From NCBI GenBank assembly GCA_965208125.1, contig OZ242320.1, forward strand, positions 4,256,001 to 4,320,000: a stretch of DNA of 64,000 nt. Reading direction: 5' to 3'. The translations under genes were made by a program, and so were the position numbers. The notes beneath the pieces are model-generated. The model searched no databases. It saw nothing but the letters and a program-made list of their open reading frames with translations, and was not told where the DNA came from. Below, one piece after another: positions 46,964 to 56,779 of this stretch. Positions within the stretch are counted from its first letter, which is position 1. Each line of letters begins with the position of its first letter. This stretch comes from Candidatus Latescibacterota bacterium. Lineage in GTDB: Bacteria; Latescibacterota; UBA2968.

Positions 46964-48243
46964 ACGGTATCATCCGTTAATTCAGAAAGTCGCGAACGGT
47001 TGTCATATACCTTCTGAAATGCCTCTGCCGTTTGTTCGACCCAGATCGGATCGGGATCTACAGGGGTAGATAGCCAGAAGCACGTGCTATGTATCCTTTC
47101 GCTGATCGGCAGGCTGCCCGGTCGATACGATTTCCTCGCGTTATCTGGAAGATATCCCCAGGGACCCCCAAGGCCCTCGAATGAGAAATCGTTGAACAGT
47201 GACTCCAGATGCATCACACCATATCCGTAAGGCGTTATCTCCGGTTTTGTCCGCACCCCTTCGGCTACCAGCGCTTCCAGAACCTTCGACACGGGTACTC
47301 CATAGGCTTCGGGATCGACCAAACCTGCATACAACAGGAGACCGCCGCGGGTAGCCTTTGGATAGACCTTCTGAGTCTCAACCCCCTCTATATTCTCGAG
47401 AAGCTCGTCCATTTGTGCAAACCACTTTCGGCGCTTTTCGTTGAGCTCTGAAAGGCGTTCGAGTCGTCCCCGAGCCATCGCGATGCCAAAAGGATTCGCC
47501 CTGTATTTGACGCCCAGGCCCATGTTGTGCAATCCCGTAAACCGATCGGTTTTCCACGATCCCCCGCAACGACCGTACTGTCCCAATGCCATCATCTGGT
47601 CATAGAGATCATCGTCATCTGTCACCACCACCCCGGCCTCCAATCCTGTAACTGGCTTGCTGCCCTGCAGACTGAAGCATCCAATGTGGCCAATGCTGCC
47701 CACTGGCTTGCCATCCCACAGAGCGCCGTGTGCGTGAGAGGCGTCTTCAATCAGCTTGATATCGGTTCCGGCGACCAGGTCCAGCAGTCCATCCATATCC
47801 GCCGGGTTCCCATAGACGTGTGTGACGACAATCGCGCATGTCCTGTCTGTGATTCGTTGCTTTACATCTTCCGGATCCGCACAGAAGGTGTTCGGATCTA
47901 CCTCGCAGAATACTGGCGTTGCGCCGCAATGGAGGATGGGTGAAATCGTGGCATGCCAGGTGACTGATGGCACGATCACTTCTTTGCCAACACGGGCGCC
48001 CGCAGCAAAAATGGCCGAGTGCAAAGCTGCGGTTCCGTTGCACGTACAGATCGCGTGCTGGGTCTTTACCAGTTTGCTGAAATCAGATTCGAAGAGCTCG
48101 AGATGTCGCCGGGCTGTCTTCGGATCGTCCAGTACCTCGTTCACGTACGACTTTTCAAGCGGCCCGATATTTTCCCACCCATCTCCTACTGGAGCCGTAA
48201 CGGCCTTTGGGCCTCCTTCAATTGCCAGAAGTGATTGTGCCAT
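46942..48243 (-). CDS. DegT/DnrJ/EryC1/StrS aminotransferase
   Basis: NGTAAL, EDASHAHGA, FSLQGSK (PLP lysine), EAG. Confidence 0.92.
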   Translation of the reverse strand: MAQSLLAIEGGPKAVTAPVGDGWENIGPLEKSYVNEVLDDPKTARRHLELFESDFSKLVKTQHAICTCNGTAALHSAIFAAGARVGKEVIVPSVTWHATISPILHCGATPVFCEVDPNTFCADPEDVKQRITDRTCAIVVTHVYGNPADMDGLLDLVAGTDIKLIEDASHAHGALWDGKPVGSIGHIGCFSLQGSKPVTGLEAGVVVTDDDDLYDQMMALGQYGRCGGSWKTDRFTGLHNMGLGVKYRANPFGIAMARGRLERLSELNEKRRKWFAQMDELLENIEGVETQKVYPKATRGGLLLYAGLVDPEAYGVPVSKVLEALVAEGVRTKPEITPYGYGVMHLESLFNDFSFEGLGGPWGYLPDNARKSYRPGSLPISERIHSTCFWLSTPVDPDPIWVEQTAEAFQKVYDNRSRLSELTDDTVCQKTLA

Positions 48244-48255
48244 GGTATTCTCCTA

Positions 48256-48387
48256 GGTTCTGTCTGAAAAGTCACTTTTAAGCCTGAAATGACCTGTAAG
48301 CGATTTTATCAGACAGCTTATTTTATAGGGTTTGGTAAATAGCCCAAATCGGCATTTAGAGGAAATTCAGACTTTTCAGACACTACC
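48256..48387. mobile_element. 132-bp MITE with 18-bp terminal inverted repeats (IS5/IS1182-like ends, inferred)
   Basis: Left GGTTCTGTCTGAAAAGTC, right GACTTTTCAGACACTACC (16/18 match); TA on both sides (CTAG/CTAA context); no transposase inside. Confidence 0.75.
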
Positions 48388-48435
48388 TAATGTAATCTTT
48401 ACCCTGGTTGAGATTTTTGAAATCAAAAAAGGTCC

Positions 48436-49815
48436 TTATCCGTCCAGTCCTCTATTCCATTTGTATAAAAGCCATTTGCTCAGCGCCTGCCCATCTCCGA
48501 TTTGCCACGCCCAATCTTCGAGTTTCCCGAACAGCATCCGCAGCACTTCTTCCAGCCCGGGTTCGCGGAACCTGTTGTTTATTTCGTCCGGATCAGAGGG
48601 ACGATGGTAGAGTTCCGGAGGTCGCTCTGAGTTGACGATCAGTTTCCATTCATTTGTTACAATACACCTTTCAAACATCGTAGGGTCGCTTTCCGGAGGA
48701 CAGTAGAGACCATCCTGACGATATGGATGGTTCTGAATATAAACAGAGTCACGCCATGGACCTTTGCCAGAAAGCAGGAGTTCTCTCGCGCTGTGACCGT
48801 GCAGGCCATCGGGAATGTCTAGCCCGCAGAGATCCAGGATGGTGGGCACCAGGTCTGCGTGACTGACGAGTTCGCTTCGGACTCCAGGTTTGATCTTTCC
48901 GATCCAGTGGAAGATCAGAGGAATTCTGCTCGCCGTGTCGTAGCAATTCCGTTTTGGCTGAGGATTCCATCGGTAGACAAAATCATGCCCGTGATCCGAT
49001 GTATATACAATCAAGGTGTTTTGCTCGAGGCCCAAAGCATTCAGGACATCCACCATCCGGCCAACGTTTTCATCAATTCTGTTAACCATTGCATAGTACG
49101 TGGGGTACTGGACCTTTCCCTGAAATCGCTCGCAGTTTTCCGGGGGAGCGGTCCACGGTGTGTGCGGAGGCCGGAAAGATACGATCAAGCAGAACGGATT
49201 CTGGTGGTGTTCGCGAATAAACTGGATTCCGCGGTCGAACTCGAAGTCAACACGGTACTCGCCTGGTTCTTCACGACCAAAATCGGGAATTGCAGACTCG
49301 TGATTGTCGGGCACGGTCCATTTCTTCATGGGCTCTCCAACCCATTGTGATTCACTCCCGTCATGACCTTGCCAGACATCAAAGTAGTCCGGAGGAGGCT
49401 GGATCGGTCTTCCTGATACAGGTCGATCGAAAGGCTCAGGCGTCGGACCCAGATGCCATTTACCGACGTAGCCGGTGGTGTAACCCATATCGTGCAGGAG
49501 CCTCGGAAAAGATGTTGTGTGGTCGGTCAAAGTCACATCGTTGTCCCAGACCTCAGTCTTGTGGGGAAATAGTCCCGTCAGGATTGAAGATCGGGCCGCG
49601 GAACAGAGAGGCTGGGTCACAAAAGCCGATTCAAAACAGGCACCTTCACTTGCCAGTCGGTCGATATGAGGAGAAATCGCATTCCGATTGCCGTAACATC
49701 CCAATGAATCAAACCTCTGTTGATCGGGAAGGATCAGGATGATGTTGGGTGGTCTCCCTTCTGTCTCACCTATATTTTTACCTCTGGTCCAATCGTCCGA
49801 TTGCCGCTGATCCAT
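48436..49815 (-). CDS. S1 sulfatase, variant CxAxR motif
   Basis: PPNIILILPDQQR, CSAAR, GKWHLG, PPHTP, SDHG. Confidence 0.9.
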   Translation of the reverse strand: MDQRQSDDWTRGKNIGETEGRPPNIILILPDQQRFDSLGCYGNRNAISPHIDRLASEGACFESAFVTQPLCSAARSSILTGLFPHKTEVWDNDVTLTDHTTSFPRLLHDMGYTTGYVGKWHLGPTPEPFDRPVSGRPIQPPPDYFDVWQGHDGSESQWVGEPMKKWTVPDNHESAIPDFGREEPGEYRVDFEFDRGIQFIREHHQNPFCLIVSFRPPHTPWTAPPENCERFQGKVQYPTYYAMVNRIDENVGRMVDVLNALGLEQNTLIVYTSDHGHDFVYRWNPQPKRNCYDTASRIPLIFHWIGKIKPGVRSELVSHADLVPTILDLCGLDIPDGLHGHSARELLLSGKGPWRDSVYIQNHPYRQDGLYCPPESDPTMFERCIVTNEWKLIVNSERPPELYHRPSDPDEINNRFREPGLEEVLRMLFGKLEDWAWQIGDGQALSKWLLYKWNRGLDG

Positions 49816-49890
49816 CTCCTATCTCCTGTTTTCCAATGCCAGAATTCGACCCGAGAGCCAGTCGGTCTGTTTTATACGCAGAGACTCAAG

Positions 49891-52131
49891 TCAGAGATGC
49901 CCGCCAGACTCCAGGATACGCTCTTCCACTCTGAGAGGGGTCGGTCGGAGTCCAAAATCTCTCCATCCCCAGTCCACATGGATTTTGGGCATGTCGAATT
50001 CAAAATACCAGCGAATACTGATGGGATCTCGATCGATACCAAAATATCCGAGGAAAAGCGCGCATTTTCCGGTGACCTCCTCGATTACGTCGAAAGGGGT
50101 CAGATCGTGAAACTCCTCGATATCTTCTTCCACCTCCAGGTAACGGTACAGATCGGCTTCGTAAGACTCCGCCTGGTTGGGCCTGAGGCTCGTGAGATCA
50201 AGAGGCTCGTGCGCGTTCCACCTGGGCAGGTCATCTTGCTCAGATCCATCCGGACAGAAGGTCCAGATTGGCGTGGACCATGCATATTCACCGTCGATTT
50301 GGCGGAGACGAACGTAATAGGCTCCCTCTCGCTGCGGAATCTCGTCGGCGTAGATCAGATCTATATCGAGTGCATCGGGATGCCATGAGTGGAGACAACG
50401 GTCATTCCGAATCAAATCTACTCTCTGCACGGGAGCACAGGCGTGCGCGCAAATGGTGATCTCAGCAGGAGCCGAGATTTTGGCCTCGCTGCCCGCAGCG
50501 TGTCCGTTGACATCTACGGTCAGGATGATGCGCGCCCCAGTGGTGGCGAAGGTGCGCCGATCCCGAATCGCCTTCCAGATTTCGTTACGCTCACAGCGCG
50601 CTGCCCAAACGGCGGCGATCGGTCCATTCCCATACCCGGTGTCTCGGAAGTTCAAGCCAATATTGTGCCACCTCCCGAAGTAGTCTTTGGCGGCGATTGG
50701 AGCGCCCATCGTAGCAAGGTGGGTGTCCCCCGATCCAATAACGGCTGGGCGAAAGCCACAGCGCAGGGCCCACTGGAGCACCCATTCAAAGCAGCCATGC
50801 CCGCTGGCGACCTCAAGAAGCGGCTCGTGACTGGGAAGATAATCGTACCATTGGGGGGGACCACCCCCGATGTGGGCTTCAAGGATCACATCCTCCCGCT
50901 CTCCAAACTCGGCCATCACTTCGTCCATGGTGCAGAAGGTGGGGGGATAGGTTTCAGTCCATTCACGGTAGATCACGTTCCGATCCCCTCCAGGTCTCGG
51001 GTGAACCTCTGAAGCAAGAAAAGGAACGTAAGTCCCCGGCTCATCGTTGTTCCGATAAGCTTGCTGATAGGCACGCCACAGCTCTGGTCGGTCCTCCTGG
51101 ATTGGCGGAACGGCTGGTCCCGGCGCCCCAAAGTCCAGCCGACCGACTCTCCGCAACTGTTCGTGTCTCCGCTCAGGATGAATCTTGAAGGTGGGATCGT
51201 CCAGTAGCGACATGCTAATGTCGCCCCATCCGTGGCAATGGAGATCTCCCCAGAGGAGACGGTGGTCGTGCTGTTCCTTGCAGAGGATGGGGTTGCTTAC
51301 TGCCCTTAGACCGTGGCGTTCGTCTTCCGCGATCAGACGGATAAGGCCGGGTTCTGGTATGCGAATGTCTTCCAGAATCACGAGTCCGCTATCACTGGAG
51401 CCCAACGAGATGGATTTGGGCAACCCCTCAACCGCTGAAATCGGACCAGAGAAGGCCACTCGACCCTCAAATTGCTCGCAGATGTTGTGGCTTGCATCGA
51501 AGGCCATCAGATGCAGTGCAAAGGCCTCATCGGGCGTAACGATCGACGGGCCCAGAAGCCGAAGCAGCGTCGGCACAGGATTGGATGTGATTTGAATCCT
51601 ACAAGGGTTGCAGACCAGTTCCCGATAGACGCCATCCCCTGTCCGATCCACGGCACCGGTAATCCGCCCCAGAGTCGTTCCGTCATAAACGGCGCTCCCC
51701 GCGCCTCCATAGCTTGAATCGCCAATCTGAATAGTGAAGGAATCATCGGCTTTCATCTCACCCTCATCGACCAGCACCTGGGCGAATCCAGGACGGTGGG
51801 ACTGCTTTTCTGAATTGACGACTAGGCGTAAGGCCGCATCACATTGGGTTTTTAGAGTGACGAAATCACGTCCCTTTGGGTTGTAGTCCTGAATTCGATG
51901 CGAAAACAGAAACGAGTGCCGCTGAAAAAGAAAACCGCCGCCGGCAGTTATGGTTTCTGATGCGGTGGCAGTAATCTTCCACATCCCCAACTTGCCTGCG
52001 GGCAATTCCAGATCGTGCCCACAGCTACGTGAGCCGTCACTTCCGTGAAATTCGACCTCGAACGCATCGGGCTCGTTACCCGACACAGGTTGGACTGTGA
52101 TGCTGACGCGCTGCACTCGTGATTTTGGCAT
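49891..52131 (-). CDS. DUF3604-like PHP-fold metallohydrolase, copy B
   Basis: WGDLHCH, GDRNV, EVASGHG, GSGDTH, RRTFATTG; full-length paralog of 44777. Confidence 0.75.
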   Translation of the reverse strand: MPKSRVQRVSITVQPVSGNEPDAFEVEFHGSDGSRSCGHDLELPAGKLGMWKITATASETITAGGGFLFQRHSFLFSHRIQDYNPKGRDFVTLKTQCDAALRLVVNSEKQSHRPGFAQVLVDEGEMKADDSFTIQIGDSSYGGAGSAVYDGTTLGRITGAVDRTGDGVYRELVCNPCRIQITSNPVPTLLRLLGPSIVTPDEAFALHLMAFDASHNICEQFEGRVAFSGPISAVEGLPKSISLGSSDSGLVILEDIRIPEPGLIRLIAEDERHGLRAVSNPILCKEQHDHRLLWGDLHCHGWGDISMSLLDDPTFKIHPERRHEQLRRVGRLDFGAPGPAVPPIQEDRPELWRAYQQAYRNNDEPGTYVPFLASEVHPRPGGDRNVIYREWTETYPPTFCTMDEVMAEFGEREDVILEAHIGGGPPQWYDYLPSHEPLLEVASGHGCFEWVLQWALRCGFRPAVIGSGDTHLATMGAPIAAKDYFGRWHNIGLNFRDTGYGNGPIAAVWAARCERNEIWKAIRDRRTFATTGARIILTVDVNGHAAGSEAKISAPAEITICAHACAPVQRVDLIRNDRCLHSWHPDALDIDLIYADEIPQREGAYYVRLRQIDGEYAWSTPIWTFCPDGSEQDDLPRWNAHEPLDLTSLRPNQAESYEADLYRYLEVEEDIEEFHDLTPFDVIEEVTGKCALFLGYFGIDRDPISIRWYFEFDMPKIHVDWGWRDFGLRPTPLRVEERILESGGHL

Positions 52132-52220
52132 GGGTTCTCCTCAACAGCCGTTCGACGAATCACGGCGCCAGAACACGTTTATGTTCAAGATTCGGTGGAT
52201 GGGATTCATTTGCAATGTGA

Positions 52221-53249
52221 TCAGAGACCACCGTTCCTCCATTTGTTCAGGACATCACTGGCGACCTTCATATTGAACTGGTGTCCGCCATCAAATTGGT
52301 CGACAAACAACTGATCCGAAGCGCCGGCTGCCCCATATGCCTTCCGCACTCTGACCAATGCTCTCTCCGCCCATTCGCGTGGCGCCAGTCGATCCCTCAA
52401 CCCCCATTCAATCACCATAGGGCGGGGGGCGATGAGAGAGAAGATCTCCGGCGTATCCCCATACTGGAGAAGTCCCGGGATGAGTTGTGCGCCGCACTTC
52501 TTCAAAGCCTGATAACGTTCCTGGTACATGCTCAGACAGCCCGAGGGGACAGCAATTTTGACCCGTGAATCAAAAGCAGAGATCATCATGGCCATTCGAC
52601 CTCCGAGCGAAATCCCTGCACAGCCAAGCATCTCACTGTCGATATAATCAAGGGACTGAAGCACATCGAGTGCCGCCTGTAGATCGCACAGATGTAGTGC
52701 CACAACGGTTGTGCCCATCAGCGTTGCACAAAGGTAGTTGCGCATGCAATAGTCAACCCGGGGATTTGGATAATTGGGCCGTCGTTCGCCAAACCCGCGT
52801 AGATCGGGCATCAGGGTGACGTAGCCCTGCTGTGCGAATTTCTGGCCGAAGTTGTATCCCTTCGTAACAATTTCTTCTTTCCGCTCGGGTGAAATGTCGA
52901 TCCCCGCCACACCATCTTTCCCAAACTGGCTGTGCCCGTGCAGGCAAAGGAGACCCGGAACCCGATTCTGTAACTCCTTGGGAACGAGCAAATAAGCCGG
53001 TACGAACACGTCCAGCTCCGTCTGGTAGCGAATGCGATGGCGTACGTGGTCCCCACAATCCGTTTCAGTCAGGAATTCCAGAGAAAGGTCTGACCGTTCC
53101 GGGCGAAGGCCCAACAGTTCCACTACTGTTGACCGAAATCGATCCTGCCACCTCTCCAGTTCATCGACCGTTGAGCCGTCGAATAGCATTGATGGCTCAA
53201 ACTGATCCAGCAGTTGCGAAAGGTCATCTTCGAATATGATGGGTCTCAT
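52221..53249 (-). CDS. Alpha/beta hydrolase (dienelactone hydrolase-like)
   Basis: VPAYLLVP, LHGH, GISLGG, IAPRP, GGH. Confidence 0.87.
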   Translation of the reverse strand: MRPIIFEDDLSQLLDQFEPSMLFDGSTVDELERWQDRFRSTVVELLGLRPERSDLSLEFLTETDCGDHVRHRIRYQTELDVFVPAYLLVPKELQNRVPGLLCLHGHSQFGKDGVAGIDISPERKEEIVTKGYNFGQKFAQQGYVTLMPDLRGFGERRPNYPNPRVDYCMRNYLCATLMGTTVVALHLCDLQAALDVLQSLDYIDSEMLGCAGISLGGRMAMMISAFDSRVKIAVPSGCLSMYQERYQALKKCGAQLIPGLLQYGDTPEIFSLIAPRPMVIEWGLRDRLAPREWAERALVRVRKAYGAAGASDQLFVDQFDGGHQFNMKVASDVLNKWRNGGL

Positions 53250-53338
53250 TGTCCAGTCTCGGTAGTATAAAATTTAATTCAGCAAAGCACAAGCGAATCC
53301 AAATCTCTTTGGGATTCCCGGGATTCTTTGGTTGCGGG

Positions 53339-54373
53339 CTACTCAAACCAATGAGGGGATTGCGGGCGCTTCGTGCGAATCGAATCCAGTGCTGCCTCAC
53401 AGATAGAAACTATGCGCGCACCCCATCGAGCAGGGATTGGATTACTGATTTTGCCATCGAGTAGATTCAGATAATCGACCACAGAGCGTCCCCAGCCGTG
53501 TCCTCCAATCACTTCATGAGCAGATGATTCTTCAATTGGAACTGGCTCATGGCCACGGCGGAAGAGTTGGCCTTTCCACAACGTGCCTTTGGTGCCATAT
53601 ACAGCCAAAAAACCACCGCCCATTCCCTCGCCCATGCCATGTCCGGAGCAGCCGCTTGTCACAAAGACTTTGCCTGTGACGCCATTTTCAAATTGAAGGA
53701 TTACAATGTAACAGTCATCATCTGGAAATACCGGGATGCTGAGCTTATTGCTATAGGCATAGACCTCCGTAACCGGGGATTCGACGGTCCACAAAATCAG
53801 ATCAAGTGGGTGGCAGCCGCCACCCAGCAGGATATTCTGGGGATTTTGCTGATCAATGCGCCAGGGTGTGTGGTTTTTACCCTCGGGTGAATAATGGCTC
53901 CACATGTCATGGATGTAATCGCCCTGGACAAAGAAAACATCGCCAATCTCACCGGATTGGGCCATCAGTGCCATTTCGTGCCAGGGATGCAGGTAGCGCA
54001 TGGTTTGGTCGGTCATGACGTGCCGGCCACTCTCTGCCTCAGCGTTGAGGATGCGTTGGGCATCTGCTACTGTGGTGGCAAGCGGTTTTTCCACCAGGAC
54101 GTGGCAGCCCTGCTCCAATGCTGTGACAGTCTGGTCGGCGTGCAAGTGATCCGGTCCTGCCACGACTACAACATCGGGTTGCGTTTCTCGCAAGAGTCGA
54201 GCGTAATCGTGGCCAGTCGAGGCATCCGGATATTGCTCCTGCATCATGTTCAACTGTGCCGGCTGTGGATCGACGAGCCCCACAATTTTTCCACGTCCAT
54301 CAGCGGCGGCTACCTGGGCCACGTTACGGCCAGCGCTTCCACAGCCGCTAATCAAGAATTTGTAAGGTTTCAT
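53339..54373 (-). CDS. Gfo/Idh/MocA oxidoreductase
   Basis: GCGSAG, PDHLH, VEKP, GGGCHPLD. Confidence 0.9.
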   Translation of the reverse strand: MKPYKFLISGCGSAGRNVAQVAAADGRGKIVGLVDPQPAQLNMMQEQYPDASTGHDYARLLRETQPDVVVVAGPDHLHADQTVTALEQGCHVLVEKPLATTVADAQRILNAEAESGRHVMTDQTMRYLHPWHEMALMAQSGEIGDVFFVQGDYIHDMWSHYSPEGKNHTPWRIDQQNPQNILLGGGCHPLDLILWTVESPVTEVYAYSNKLSIPVFPDDDCYIVILQFENGVTGKVFVTSGCSGHGMGEGMGGGFLAVYGTKGTLWKGQLFRRGHEPVPIEESSAHEVIGGHGWGRSVVDYLNLLDGKISNPIPARWGARIVSICEAALDSIRTKRPQSPHWFE

Positions 54374-54404
54374 GGCAGACACCTCAAATACTCAATGTAC
54401 GGTT

Positions 54405-55898
54405 TCAGGTGCTGTGTCGTTCGTTGGTTGCCGTCCCCAACTCAAAGGCGTACAGGGTGGCCCGGTTCATCTCGAAGCGGACGTTGACCTTCTTGCCGGC
54501 AAGCGGCGAGAGATCCGGGATCCCTTTCCACTTCAACGACTGCCGGAATTGATCACCAGAGACCCGTTCGCATTCGTCGAACGAATAGCCGGGAAGCGGA
54601 TCGGCTGGTTCGGGTGGATGCGGAATGTTCTCATAGAGAGCGGCTCGAATCCATCCGCCCCGGTCAGCCGTATAGTTTAGTAAAAGCTCTCCGCCGCTTA
54701 TCTTCCGACTCTCCAGGGTAAATGCCCCGCGATTATCCGCTCGTATGCCCCCGAGCCGGTGCTCCGGCCACATCGCCAGCCGAAACCGACCGGCTGTATT
54801 GACGTCCCGGTAGTACACTTCGTGATGTCGAGCCGTTCTGCCGCTGTATGGCAGCGCAAAGCACCCGTCCGGCAGTACGACCAGTCCCGGTCCTCCATAT
54901 ACGCCACCTTCGTCGCCGCTTCCGTTTTCTCCGCGAGGAATGATCGGTTCCCGCGATGGCCTCGACCAGTTGACTCCATTGCTGCTGACCGCCAGTTGCA
55001 TCTCTACGCTGCAGTCAACCTGGTGGAAGACGGCGGGAAACATCAGGTGCAGGTCAGTTCCGGGATAACGGCAATAGGCGTTGGTATAGAGCGAGTCGCT
55101 CGGTCCATCCAGCGCATCCGCAGCGAGTATCGGTTTTGGTACCGGCCACTTCGAAAAGTTTTCGGTCTCTGACATCCCCACCGCTCTGCGCCCGTCGATT
55201 TTAGTCCTGAAATACCCGACGTACCGGTTCTTTTTGACATCGAAATACGCCACGGTCTGCGAGTCGCAAAACGCTTTAAAAACCGGTTCATCGAGTACCA
55301 TCCACCGTATCCCGTCCACAGACGTCATCGCGCGGTGTGTACCCACCAGCCGCACCTTCTTCCGCACCTCGTCACGGTTGTAGCCCTGTTCGCCCAGTTC
55401 CTTCCATTTCGCAAGACCTTCTTTATTAGAAATCTCATTGCCCGCTTCGTCGTACCATCGCGGGCTATGGCCGAGCTTCTTGTAGCGATCACCTCCTGCA
55501 GGGTTCTCGTCGATGAATACCGAACCTCGAAGGGCATGAGGGCCGACCAGACAGATATTGTTCTTCGTCGAGCCTTCAAACTCATATAGTCCGAGCTCCG
55601 GTTTGTTCCAGCGAAAACCGTCTTCGCTTTCGGCATAACACATGAACTGTGAAGTAGGGGGGGCACCACTGCGCGCTCCGTACCACATTCGGTACTTGCC
55701 GGCATCCTGCCTCACCGTCACGTGACTGATCTGCTGTCTCTCCCACGGCCGGTCGGCGGCCACCACGACCTCCGACTTCTCCGCAGGTGTAAGCACCAGG
55801 CGAATCCCTTCGGGTGCGTGAAACGGATATGCATTTCCCGCCTCGTCGTACCGTGAGGCGCCAGCGAATACGCGCGAATAACTCAATAATGGTTCCAT
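54405..55898 (-). CDS. Hypothetical beta-propeller glycosidase-like protein
   Basis: RMWY, YAESEDG..WNKPELG, DSQ, QLAVSSNG..WSR; C-terminal GYSFDEC..GD. Confidence 0.6.
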   Translation of the reverse strand: MEPLLSYSRVFAGASRYDEAGNAYPFHAPEGIRLVLTPAEKSEVVVAADRPWERQQISHVTVRQDAGKYRMWYGARSGAPPTSQFMCYAESEDGFRWNKPELGLYEFEGSTKNNICLVGPHALRGSVFIDENPAGGDRYKKLGHSPRWYDEAGNEISNKEGLAKWKELGEQGYNRDEVRKKVRLVGTHRAMTSVDGIRWMVLDEPVFKAFCDSQTVAYFDVKKNRYVGYFRTKIDGRRAVGMSETENFSKWPVPKPILAADALDGPSDSLYTNAYCRYPGTDLHLMFPAVFHQVDCSVEMQLAVSSNGVNWSRPSREPIIPRGENGSGDEGGVYGGPGLVVLPDGCFALPYSGRTARHHEVYYRDVNTAGRFRLAMWPEHRLGGIRADNRGAFTLESRKISGGELLLNYTADRGGWIRAALYENIPHPPEPADPLPGYSFDECERVSGDQFRQSLKWKGIPDLSPLAGKKVNVRFEMNRATLYAFELGTATNERHST

Positions 55899-55932
55899 AT
55901 GCCCTCCAGTGCCTCTGAAACCCAAACGTTCA

Positions 55933-56718
55933 CTACCTTCTTTTTGCACTAATTTCAGCGATGGTATCACCGGTTATTTTGACGGTGTGGGTATCTACTC
56001 GCTCAACGTCCTCACGGGCAGCTCTGGCCTCGGCACTATCGGCGGACTGATATTCGGTCGCGAAAATATACGGGGATGGGATTGTATAAGGTGCGATTTT
56101 CCCGATCCGCCCCATGGCCTTGCGAGCGCCTTCTCGGAGCAGATCCCGAGCTTTAGTGGGGGAGAGGGAGAGGGCAGCCGTGCGGCTGAGCCCCTCTTTC
56201 ACGACAACGCCTTCAATGTCGGGAACGTATTGTCGAGCCTCATCTACAGCAGCTCGATCCCCGCTGATGAAAACTGTGGGCACGCCAACCTCACCGGCAT
56301 GGGCTATGTTGAAACCAATTTCACCGATCAGTTCATCATTCAACCAGCAGTTGGCAATGCTTCGGGAGCTCCAGCTGTGACACAGCACACCATCAGGTGT
56401 GTTCTCCATCGCGTGATGGCCATACAAAAACTGCGCCTCAAATGTCAATCCCATCTCCCACGCAGAGCCTCTGGGGCGACCGAACATCACCCGGGCTTCG
56501 CGGTGGATGTGTTCGATATTGATTCCGCCGCTGCCGTGTCCGTCCAGCACGATAGGGTCAGTGGCGCCTCCTTCCATAGCACCGTCTATGAGGGCGTTGA
56601 TCTCCAGAGTGGCGAGATATTTGGCCTGTTCGTTGTCGCGCCCCCCGTCGTAAGTCTGAGTTTTGAAATCTACGACGCCGGCAGTGCCTTCCAAATCGCA
56701 CAAGATAAGAATTCTCAT
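55933..56718 (-). CDS. M55 family D-aminopeptidase (DppA-like)
   Basis: DLEG, DGHG, GHHA, LCHS, GEIG, ISGD. Confidence 0.9.
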   Translation of the reverse strand: MRILILCDLEGTAGVVDFKTQTYDGGRDNEQAKYLATLEINALIDGAMEGGATDPIVLDGHGSGGINIEHIHREARVMFGRPRGSAWEMGLTFEAQFLYGHHAMENTPDGVLCHSWSSRSIANCWLNDELIGEIGFNIAHAGEVGVPTVFISGDRAAVDEARQYVPDIEGVVVKEGLSRTAALSLSPTKARDLLREGARKAMGRIGKIAPYTIPSPYIFATEYQSADSAEARAAREDVERVDTHTVKITGDTIAEISAKRR

Positions 56719-56779
56719 GGATAGTCTCCTGATGAACATGGCGGGAGATGTTTCACGTTAAGGGGTACAATGGCGGTGT

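Noticed and set aside
53296-53318. Possible hairpin terminator GAATCCAAA-TCTC-TTTGGGATTC
   Set aside because: Weak bulged stem with no convincing U-tract
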